64,000 nucleotides of DNA from an uncultured Candidatus Saccharibacteria bacterium (GTDB lineage: Bacteria; Patescibacteriota; Minisyncoccia; Phycocordibacterales; UBA918), in assembly GCA_964626635.1 (NCBI GenBank), contig CAZVFY010000001.1, forward strand, positions 47,782 through 111,781, read 5' to 3'. Below the pieces are notes generated by a model. It saw only the letters and a list, made by a program, of their open reading frames with translations, was not told the origin of the DNA and did not search any database. The position numbers and the translations under genes are program-made. Of the stretch, positions 56,330-64,000 are shown piece by piece; the stretch's first letter is position 1, and each line of letters starts with the position of its first letter.

Positions 56330-58096
56330 TTAAGGGTTAGTAATGTCATCAATTTCGTCGTGGACGATATTGTCGTGCTTGTTGATGGTGTTAGTAATGG
56401 ATGTAATTAACGCTTGTTCACCTTTGGTGAGAGACTTAGTTTTGCGCGTCGCACGTAGCTGTTCTTCACCGTGACGGAGCACGCTGCGTAACTCGTTAAA
56501 GGCATCGGTCGCAGCCACATCCGCCTCGCCAGCTTCAATCGCGACCGTTTGTCGGTAACGTCGCATGCGCACATAGAGGAACACAAACAGAAACAGTACA
56601 AATCCGGATAGCACAATCAATGGCACAATGACTGACAATACACTGACGAGCCAACCACCAATCCGCAGATAGCCTGGTGGCTCGACCACAACGCGGTAGA
56701 TATCAGACAGTTCGCTAACCGACTGGAGCGGATCCGTGGCCAGCGCTGATAGTTCGTACACACCGTTCATGAGCGCACCATCAGGAATAAAGGCGAATGT
56801 ACCGTTCTCATCTGCTGTCACCTGATACACGTTTGGCTCGCCGCCAATTCGTTCCAAGAACACATCGACAACTGATCCAGGTCGAGTTGATCCGTACAAA
56901 ACCGGCACCACATCACTACTAATCCGGTCTGGTAGCGCGGTGAAAACTGGCTTGTCGAATGACTCAATAGTGAATGTGATAGTGTCGCTCGCGAGATTGC
57001 CAGCCTGGTCAGCCACCGTCACCATCACCGTCTGATCGCCTGGCGGTAGTGGGGGCAAAGTAATGGTGCCTGATGCGACTTCGGCTGCAGCTAAGATAAG
57101 CGGATCGTTGTTGTTGAAGCGTACCTGGTACTGGGCGATACCAGACCCTCCATCATTCGCTTGGACCAGCAGCGTTTGTGCCGCCGACCCCATATCCTCC
57201 CCGTCAAGTAGCAATACCGACACGTCAGTCGGCGCTACCGTGTCAATCGCCACGCGGTGATGCGCTACCCTTCCCCAACCATCGGCATTCCTAAACTGCA
57301 CGTGTAGATACTGCACTCCTTGGTCTAGCTCGATCAGGGAGAGGCGGCTGATCGGTGGCTCGTAGACGCGGGTAGGAATCGCGGTGGGCGCGTCACTGAG
57401 AAGGGTGCGCACAGCCGTCACATCATTCGGTAGCGCCCACTCGAATTCGGCGCTGGTGGTCGCATACCAGCCCTCGGCATCAGGGTGCGTAACCGACGTG
57501 ACTGAAGGCCGAGCCGGAGTATTGACTGGTGGCACATACTCGACAATCCGCTCTGGTTCTGGCGAGACTGATACCGCTTGGACAGTAAACGAGCCGCCGT
57601 TCATCGCCGTCAGTACATTCGTCCCCAGACCATCGTTTGCCAGCACAGCACCATTGGTGAACTCAACACGCTGAGTGCCGGCGGTCTTAGTGCGAAAGGT
57701 AACCGACAACACTGTCCCAGTCGATCCTGTGTAACCGGTTGGTACTCCACCACTAAATGACACTGTTCCGGCTGAATTATTGAAACTCGGTTCGCTCACC
57801 CACAAGTTAAAGATTGAGGAGCTGCGGTTGATTCCGACGACTGACAGCTCGTTGGGGTTAAATCGCAGCGTCCCTTCGGCGGCATTGATGGCAGCGCCGC
57901 CGGTCACTAACTGGATACGCGCAGTAAAAGTCGCACCGGGCTCGTACACCCCTGATTGCGGCGTGAGGCGCAGTTCGGCTGCCTGCGCCGCCACCGCGCC
58001 AGCGCTCATACCAAAACCTACTACTAACCAGAACATACCCGTTAGCAATAGTAACCAACTGATTCGTTTGAAACGCTTAATAGGTAGATTATTCAT
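56330..58096 (-). CDS. Cohesin-like domain surface protein with Ig-like middle region, C-terminal TM anchor and cytoplasmic coiled-coil tail
   Basis: Start placed at MNNLPIKRF (M64 of the listed ORF), giving an 8-nt overlap with the upstream gene. Signal peptide, cohesin-like block (INAAEGTLRFNPNELSV...SSIFNLW...GTVSFSGGVPTGYTG), TM LVSVLSVIVPLIVLSGFVLFLFVFLYV. Confidence 0.6.
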   Translation of the reverse strand: MNNLPIKRFKRISWLLLLTGMFWLVVGFGMSAGAVAAQAAELRLTPQSGVYEPGATFTARIQLVTGGAAINAAEGTLRFNPNELSVVGINRSSSIFNLWVSEPSFNNSAGTVSFSGGVPTGYTGSTGTVLSVTFRTKTAGTQRVEFTNGAVLANDGLGTNVLTAMNGGSFTVQAVSVSPEPERIVEYVPPVNTPARPSVTSVTHPDAEGWYATTSAEFEWALPNDVTAVRTLLSDAPTAIPTRVYEPPISRLSLIELDQGVQYLHVQFRNADGWGRVAHHRVAIDTVAPTDVSVLLLDGEDMGSAAQTLLVQANDGGSGIAQYQVRFNNNDPLILAAAEVASGTITLPPLPPGDQTVMVTVADQAGNLASDTITFTIESFDKPVFTALPDRISSDVVPVLYGSTRPGSVVDVFLERIGGEPNVYQVTADENGTFAFIPDGALMNGVYELSALATDPLQSVSELSDIYRVVVEPPGYLRIGGWLVSVLSVIVPLIVLSGFVLFLFVFLYVRMRRYRQTVAIEAGEADVAATDAFNELRSVLRHGEEQLRATRKTKSLTKGEQALITSITNTINKHDNIVHDEIDDITNP

Positions 58097-59234
58097 GCGA
58101 TTTAGGGCTTTGACTAGTCGGATCAGTGTTGTGATCATTCTCACTACTGCCAGGTTGTGCAGGTGACTGGTGTCCATCTGGATAGACTGAGTCAGCTGTA
58201 TCTGATTTGAACCCATCGTTCTTAGTTTCATGTGTCTTATGCGTACCATGAGCGATTTGAGTAGCTGGGCGTGGACGGCGCACAATGAGCGTAATCGCGA
58301 CCAGCAGTAATAGAAACGCCACGATGCCCATACCTAAATACAACAGAAATTGCTGATCAGACATTAAGCGCATTGACTCCTCCGGTAGCAGACTGGCGAC
58401 GTATTCATTGCCAGCCTTGTCAATTGCTCTTACCCGGATGACGCTATTGAGCGTCTGGTCTTCTAACACATACGGGCTACGAGCTGCCACCCACGGGGCG
58501 TCAGCCCGTCCCCACAGGAACGATCCAAACTGATCGAGCGGTTCTTCCATAACCTCGTAACGGTCAATCCCGGTCTGTTTGTCAGTAGTATTAAAAGAAA
58601 TGTAGTACCGACCATCAAAAGTCGTTTCGTCGCTAGTCAGGGTGATACTGAATGGGCGCGGGTCTTGAGTGTCTGCCGCCACTCGTCCGCTCCAGGCGTC
58701 AGTCACAAACTCGTTGGTGCTACTACCGATCCGGACAGTAGCTGAGAGCGTATCGAGATCAGCGTTCTGTCCCGTACCGTCATTGAGAAGTGCAACGGTG
58801 TCCGGTGTAAAACTAATGGTGCCGATTTCTTCATTCGTTTCTGCCGGAGTATCAGTGCGCACAATCACCTGAAATAAGGTGTTGGTGAGCCGCGGGTCAC
58901 CTGCGATCCGACCGCAGTACCCATTGGGGATGCCGCCAGCAAAACTCACTGACCGCGCATCGGACGAAATGGTCGGTGACTCGATCCACAACCCAAAGAT
59001 TGAATTGCCAAGCGAAACATCGATTGGCGTGATGGGGCCGCTGAACTGCAAGACACCGGACACGGCGTTAATACATTCGCCGGCTGCTTCATCGGTATCA
59101 ATTCGGACTGAGTACAGCACCGCGTCACCCCGCCCCAGTACAGAGTGCGCTGGGTCGACCGACAAGCTCGCTGCCTGCCCCATTGCCGGCAGCAAACACA
59201 CCACTGCTAGACCGCATAGTAAAAAGTTCCTCAT
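58089..59234 (-). CDS. Cohesin-like domain surface protein with C-terminal TM anchor
   Basis: 381 aa. Signal peptide (LLPAMGQAAS), cohesin-like block (INAVSGVLQFSGPITPIDV...NSIFGLW...SVSFAGGIPNGYCG), TM LGMGIVAFLLLLVAITLIV. Confidence 0.55.
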   Translation of the reverse strand: MRNFLLCGLAVVCLLPAMGQAASLSVDPAHSVLGRGDAVLYSVRIDTDEAAGECINAVSGVLQFSGPITPIDVSLGNSIFGLWIESPTISSDARSVSFAGGIPNGYCGRIAGDPRLTNTLFQVIVRTDTPAETNEEIGTISFTPDTVALLNDGTGQNADLDTLSATVRIGSSTNEFVTDAWSGRVAADTQDPRPFSITLTSDETTFDGRYYISFNTTDKQTGIDRYEVMEEPLDQFGSFLWGRADAPWVAARSPYVLEDQTLNSVIRVRAIDKAGNEYVASLLPEESMRLMSDQQFLLYLGMGIVAFLLLLVAITLIVRRPRPATQIAHGTHKTHETKNDGFKSDTADSVYPDGHQSPAQPGSSENDHNTDPTSQSPKSHE

Positions 59235-59287
59235 GTATTTCTAGTATACCGCTGCCCATAGTTCGTTCTCTTACCTATTCACAAAAC

Positions 59288-59320
59288 AAAAACCCCTCTC
59301 GTGGTGGGAGATAGGGTTTT
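59288..59320 (-). terminator. Intrinsic terminator after the 59353..60477 gene
   Basis: Imperfect hairpin cccctctc-gtggtg-ggagataggg, followed on the minus strand by TTTTTGTTTTGTG. Confidence 0.5.
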
Positions 59321-59352
59321 TGTATAAACTCCAAGCTTTGAGTTTGTGTTCG

Positions 59353-60477
59353 TTAGAACACAGGGGTGGCAACGTATGTCAATGTTGCCGTGTAGTCATC
59401 AGCAGCTTCTTGAAGCGGACTGATGTTTACTTGATAGAACACGTTAGTAACACCTGCTTCACCGCTACCATCAGTCGGTCCAGTGTGTCGCATGACCTCG
59501 ACTGGCGTGGTAGATGCAGCTACAAAACTTTCTCCACTGTTGAAATCCAATGTTGTAGTGGTGTCAGTTGAGGTAAGACCCCAGTGACCCCATTGGTTTT
59601 CATCTGTGGTTGAACCGCCTGGATCAGACCAACTTTGTGGGGTGCTCACATAAGTACCGTCAGCAAAACTGTCAATATCTGCACCATTGGCTGATGTCAA
59701 CTGCTGGTCAGTAGCTACAGTCACTACAAATCCATTAGCGGCATTAGTTTCGACTGTCAGACTTTGCGCACCGCTTACATCAGTTTCTGGTGCTAGTTCA
59801 CCAAACGGAATTGAAGTTGGTGTTGTAACTACTGTGGTGGTTGGTGAATCGGCAGTTTTCGTGTCAATTCCTAGCCCACCAATTTCGAAGTTGAAGATTG
59901 TATCGACAGTAGCTGTGACGACAACGCGATCAACGATCGAGACTCTGGTCTCACCACTGTCGTCACTACCAGCAGTTAGGTTGATTGCATACGAGCCAGC
60001 GGCTGGGTTCGTAATCTGGTTGGTGCCAGTGCTACCGTCAGTAGCATTGGTACCAACCTCAATTGTTACCTCTGTACCCGTAGCAACTGCAGCTGTACCG
60101 TTAGTGAAGGTCAGGACTTGACCACTGACGCCAAAGCCCCAGGTTGTACCAGAAGGACTAGCTGCAACTGTGGCATCGGTACCATCAAGAGCAACGTCAA
60201 CATCTGCTGGCACAATACTACCTATATCACTAAATCCAGCTGGATACGTAAGTGTGATAGCTTCACCCGCAGCAAGCTCTGATGGCAGTGTAAAGGCAAG
60301 TGTTTGATTTGATCCTACACTTGGCGCACTGTCCGACAGAGTATTGCTAAATTCTGTGACATTTGCGGCTGCTGCAAACCGCATTGTTGGGAACCCGAGT
60401 GACCATAGAATGATCGAGATCGAGGCCACCGCAGCAATAGCTTGGAGTACTGTGAACGTGTATGACGTCCTAGACAT
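59353..60477 (-). CDS. Secreted Thr/Gly/Ser-rich protein (possible major surface subunit)
   Basis: 374 aa. Signal peptide (AAVASISIILWSLGFPTMRFAAAA). No TM anchor. Own terminator and a 270-nt upstream intergenic region. Confidence 0.45.
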   Translation of the reverse strand: MSRTSYTFTVLQAIAAVASISIILWSLGFPTMRFAAAANVTEFSNTLSDSAPSVGSNQTLAFTLPSELAAGEAITLTYPAGFSDIGSIVPADVDVALDGTDATVAASPSGTTWGFGVSGQVLTFTNGTAAVATGTEVTIEVGTNATDGSTGTNQITNPAAGSYAINLTAGSDDSGETRVSIVDRVVVTATVDTIFNFEIGGLGIDTKTADSPTTTVVTTPTSIPFGELAPETDVSGAQSLTVETNAANGFVVTVATDQQLTSANGADIDSFADGTYVSTPQSWSDPGGSTTDENQWGHWGLTSTDTTTTLDFNSGESFVAASTTPVEVMRHTGPTDGSGEAGVTNVFYQVNISPLQEAADDYTATLTYVATPVF

Positions 60478-60751
60478 AGTACTCTACGTTGTATTTAGCT
60501 TGTGGGATGCACCTTCTACTAGGTGCTAGTTGGCGTTGTACTCCAACTGGTTTGCTGCGGTCTCCACTCCGAGCAAACAAACTAATCCCGCAAACATATT
60601 TATGAGGGTCACACCGGCTGAAGTGCTCGCCATCGTTTACAACCAGTAAACGAGAGTTCAATACCACTAAATGGATATTGCCCCCATAAATACGTATTCA
60701 TTGTACGCTGCGCATCGACGAGTGGGCTACGTGTTATGCACACAGCTCTTA

Positions 60752-61849
60752 CTAGCCAGTCCAGTTAAACAACAAGATCGAAAAGTCTTCAAGTCCAACG
60801 TTGCCATTTTGATTAATATCGGCTGGCGGCTCTGAATTGCCGCCATTGGTCTGCCACCAAAAGATTAGGATCGAGAAATCGATCAAATTAACAGAGCCGT
60901 CCCGATTAAGGTCAGATGGGGTTGTGGCTTGCCCATCAACCCCTATAAATAACTGGATTGACGAACTGAAGACACTTTCTGAAGTCAGTGGCGGGTTGTC
61001 CACAACACTGCGTGCCCGCAGCGGTTGCGCGGCAATTGGCAGTAGCCCGGTGTCGAGCTCTAATGACCAGTCACCGCTAGAATCTGCGCTGGTGGTAAAT
61101 GTTTCTTCAGCGCCGACCACTATTTCGATGGTGGCATTTGGTACGGATTCGCCGGACACGAGGACAGTGTCTCCCGGATTGATATTTTGGGTGTTTACCA
61201 CTACCGTGGGAGGCATGACGATACCTGTGACATTGGTAACCGCGCCCTGGGTGATGTCAAAGGTGTTATTAAGCGTCCTAGAACTAACGCCATTGCCGTC
61301 TTGACTCCACAGTCCAACCGTCGCGGTACCTGGTTCGGCATCCGCCGAGAACGAGAACTCCCCGAAGCGGTCAGTCCTGGCTCGTCCGATCTCCTCAGTA
61401 TCGAGCAGAATGCGCACGATGCTGTTTGGATAGCCCAACCCGGCAATACTGACCACTGTGTCCCCCAACGGCTCGTCAGAGCCACCACGGCGACCACCGC
61501 CGCCAGATGATCCACCACCACCTGATCCAGCCGGCTCTACCGTACAAAGGGCTGAACAAAAGTCGCCGTCGTCATTGTTACCGTCATCGCACTCCTCATC
61601 AAAACCCGTCTGCAAAATACCGTCACCGCAGTAGGGGCCAAACCGACAGACAGAATTACATTGCCGGCCGACGATTGTCTGACTATAGACACCGGTCTCA
61701 CCGGGCACGTCGCAGTCTTCGTTACCATCCACGATACTGTTGCCGCATATATTGAGAGACAGTGTAGTGGTTGCGATCGATTGCGCTTGTAGTTGGGACG
61801 GAATGACAAGACACAGGACTACAAAATAAATGTAGGTGCGAATGGTCAT
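60752..61849 (-). CDS. Secreted protein with two Cys-rich repeats (Myxococcus-type CGDG...EECDDGN repeat), Gly-rich linker, Ig-like region and C-terminal dockerin
   Basis: 365 aa. Signal peptide. CGNSIVDGNEDCD...C..C and CGDGILQTGFDEECDDGNNDDGDFCSALC. GSGGGGSSGGGGRRGG linker. DLNRDGSVNLID...DINQNGNVGLED dockerin repeats. Confidence 0.6.
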   Translation of the reverse strand: MTIRTYIYFVVLCLVIPSQLQAQSIATTTLSLNICGNSIVDGNEDCDVPGETGVYSQTIVGRQCNSVCRFGPYCGDGILQTGFDEECDDGNNDDGDFCSALCTVEPAGSGGGGSSGGGGRRGGSDEPLGDTVVSIAGLGYPNSIVRILLDTEEIGRARTDRFGEFSFSADAEPGTATVGLWSQDGNGVSSRTLNNTFDITQGAVTNVTGIVMPPTVVVNTQNINPGDTVLVSGESVPNATIEIVVGAEETFTTSADSSGDWSLELDTGLLPIAAQPLRARSVVDNPPLTSESVFSSSIQLFIGVDGQATTPSDLNRDGSVNLIDFSILIFWWQTNGGNSEPPADINQNGNVGLEDFSILLFNWTG

Positions 61850-61851
61850 AC

Positions 61852-62802
61852 TTACTTCCTGCTTCTAGTCTTGCGGCGGGCAAACAGCAGATACAGAACA
61901 GCGATAATTACGGCAAAGATTGGTAGCAACACTGATATCTTGTGCGCCATAGACAGCCCAACAAAGCCAAATCCAGCCGCCTGAACAGTGCCAGCTGGTT
62001 GAATAGTCAGCGTTAGGTCTCCCTGTTGCTTGAGTTCGTCTTCATTAAAAATCTGGTATCGAGCAATGTAGCTACCGGCTGGCAATCGGGTGGGTATCTC
62101 GGCAGTTACAGTGTCAGTACTATAGGGGTCGATCTCATCGACCCCGTTAATGTTGTTCGTTTCTTCGAGCAGCACTTCACCCACTCGGTCAAAAATCCTA
62201 AATTCGGTTCGAGACGGAGCAATTGGTACGTTACCAGTGTTCTCGATCAGCATATCGAACTGGATCTTACCGGGAAAGAACAACCACGCAAGTTTAGAAC
62301 CTTCGTTCAGTTCAGCCACTGAAATTTTGCGTACTCTAAAATCTTTGATCTGTTTATCTATTACCTGCAGATCGATATCGACGATTGCCCCCAAAGAAAT
62401 ATTTACCGCACCCCGAGAGAGTGTGTCACCATCAGGTACAGTTCGGATACGAATTGTGCCTTCGTAATCCGTGAACTCGGCGTCAGCTGGTACATTGACT
62501 TGCACGGTAATCGGAGTTTTCTGGATACCTGGTTCCAGTCGGACACGGTTTCCTTCTATTACTTGGATCCAACCTTCTAGTTCAGGTGCGTCAATGCCAA
62601 CTTCTGCCACCTGCGCCACACTAGGGTCGCTACGGACCAACAGGATCTGTTGCTCGTAAGTAGAATTACGCGTCAAACTAGTGTTGCGCACATACGGTGG
62701 AGTAATACCAAAACCAGCCAAAGCCAGCTCGGCAGTAGCCAGCCAGATTATTGCTGCCCCACACAGCAACAAACGCAAGATCGTACCTCGAGAGAACGTC
62801 AT
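61852..62802 (-). CDS. Secreted / C-terminally TM-anchored surface protein (third member of the signal-peptide/ectodomain/TM architecture)
   Basis: 316 aa. Signal peptide (LATAELALAG), ectodomain, TM VLLPIFAVIIAVLYLLFA, then RRKTRSRK tail. Confidence 0.45.
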   Translation of the reverse strand: MTFSRGTILRLLLCGAAIIWLATAELALAGFGITPPYVRNTSLTRNSTYEQQILLVRSDPSVAQVAEVGIDAPELEGWIQVIEGNRVRLEPGIQKTPITVQVNVPADAEFTDYEGTIRIRTVPDGDTLSRGAVNISLGAIVDIDLQVIDKQIKDFRVRKISVAELNEGSKLAWLFFPGKIQFDMLIENTGNVPIAPSRTEFRIFDRVGEVLLEETNNINGVDEIDPYSTDTVTAEIPTRLPAGSYIARYQIFNEDELKQQGDLTLTIQPAGTVQAAGFGFVGLSMAHKISVLLPIFAVIIAVLYLLFARRKTRSRK

Positions 62803-62898
62803 GTAATACCACCTATTATCAGAAATATATACTCATTAAGCAACCCGCCGACGCTGGATAACGTCGGCGGGTGTTGCTAGGACTGGATTAACTGCTGC

Positions 62899-64000
62899 TT
62901 ACCAATCGATTGCTTCGGCGGTTTGGACATAGAAGGTGTTTTGTCCGGTGTAGGCACCAGCCACAGTGATGGCATTCGGTACCGAGATACCCCAGTAGGT
63001 ATCACCGACTTCCCATGAAGTTGATGCAACCTGAGTTGTCTTTGGCACATCAAGTTCTAATTCAACTGCCGACGCGCCGCCCGGGGTGGTTGTGGCTAAC
63101 TGAATGCCTGAACTAAATGTCACGTTGCTGGTGTTGAATCGCTGGTTATCAGCAAAGATAGTAGACGTTGCCTGGAGCGAACAGTCAGAGGATGACGATG
63201 TGTACTCAGGACACATGGCTGATCCGTCGACTTGCTGGTCAATACCGGTATTTCCAAAGTTTGCAACCGTTGTGGTGGCTGACAATGTCGGTGTTGCGTC
63301 ACCTGGCGCGAGGTCACCGTACGGGATACTACCTGATCGCAAGGCTAGTGCAGGAGCCTGAAGTAGTTCGACGTTAAAGCCTGGTGTCATACCGACCAAA
63401 CTACTGGTAGCAAAGTCATCATCTCCCCCAGCGACTGCTGCTGTCCAGTCAGTTGCGTCAAATGGTGATCCAACATCAGTTGGATCAGCGAGGAACCATA
63501 GTGGGAATGTACAGTTAAAGTCCTGGGTGTCATCAGTGATACCAGTACAACTCGAAGTAGCAGCCGTACAACTAAGGTTCCAAGTTGTTGATGCGACTCC
63601 ACTGGTGTAGCAACCGTTTGGGTTATAGTCTGACGCGGCTGGATTACAGTTAGTTGATGTTGAGTACGCACCAGTTCGGAATACTGCCACATCGAATCCA
63701 ATCATTTCAGAAGAAGTAGCCCCGGTCGAATTGATACAACTATTGGCGTCACGGACCGTGAAATCTAGGGTAAAACCGGTTGTCTCGCCGCCGGGATTGG
63801 CAAGTGAAATGTCAGTCCCACCATTGAGAGTAATGCCACCACTGAGAAGGGTCGGAGCAACGTTAGCAATTTCAAAGTTTGCCTGGATCGGTGCAGATGC
63901 TTCGTGTCCATGATTGTCGATTAAGTACACAAAGGCAGAGTAGACCTGATCACGAATGATCGATGGTGTGGTAGTGGCCGCAGAAGCATTTGTCTCTGCA
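62899..64000 (-). CDS. Secreted hypothetical protein (partial; N-terminus beyond window end)
   Basis: The frame stays open upstream of the listed GTG-initiated ORF to the window edge (...AETNASAATTTPSIIRDQVYSAFVYLIDNHG...). Thr/Ser/Gly/Cys-rich extracellular-type sequence. Confidence 0.45.
   Translation of the reverse strand, partial: AETNASAATTTPSIIRDQVYSAFVYLIDNHGHEASAPIQANFEIANVAPTLLSGGITLNGGTDISLANPGGETTGFTLDFTVRDANSCINSTGATSSEMIGFDVAVFRTGAYSTSTNCNPAASDYNPNGCYTSGVASTTWNLSCTAATSSCTGITDDTQDFNCTFPLWFLADPTDVGSPFDATDWTAAVAGGDDDFATSSLVGMTPGFNVELLQAPALALRSGSIPYGDLAPGDATPTLSATTTVANFGNTGIDQQVDGSAMCPEYTSSSSDCSLQATSTIFADNQRFNTSNVTFSSGIQLATTTPGGASAVELELDVPKTTQVASTSWEVGDTYWGISVPNAITVAGAYTGQNTFYVQTAEAIDW

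Overview
This 64 kb window reads like part of a small, reduced bacterial genome, plausibly Candidate Phyla Radiation / Patescibacteria and perhaps Saccharibacteria-like. That is an inference from three things: near-total minus-strand gene bias, a short AlaRS (629 aa) and short UvrC (430 aa), and many cohesin/dockerin-type surface proteins. GC is roughly 50% by eye.

Coordinates 1-44,000 are mostly housekeeping genes. Confident calls are alaS, pepF, mnmA, mltG, leuS, ychF, sppA, ddl, uvrC, uvrA, uvrB and tgt, plus two tandem tRNA-Ala genes and the only plus-strand block, an RND efflux adaptor-permease pair. Other calls there are an HD alarmone hydrolase-like protein, a HIT hydrolase, an EEP nuclease/phosphatase, an FMN-dependent NAD(P)H dehydrogenase, a two-component system and several intrinsic terminators.

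Coordinates 44,000-64,000 are one contiguous, co-directional locus of secreted or membrane-anchored proteins. It contains a 2048-aa BNR/Asp-box protein with an unrecognised ~200-aa repeat, a PD40-like propeller protein, three paralogous cohesin-like proteins, two dockerin-bearing proteins and several signal-peptide/C-terminal-TM anchor proteins. This looks like an undescribed cohesin-dockerin cell-surface assembly system.

Other stand-out observations:
- LeuS carries a ~140-residue insertion with a near-canonical Nudix box (14637-15063), and a HIT-family hydrolase gene sits immediately upstream.
- A ~570 bp GC-rich islet (20390-20960) encodes two translationally coupled small lipoproteins.
- A sensor kinase, a lysine-rich Ca-binding-repeat surface protein and a receiver protein are wedged between uvrA-uvrC and uvrB.
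- A Cas4-like nuclease and an ATP-cone/restriction-endonuclease-like protein lie close together with no CRISPR array.

No transposase, integrase or CRISPR repeats were seen.
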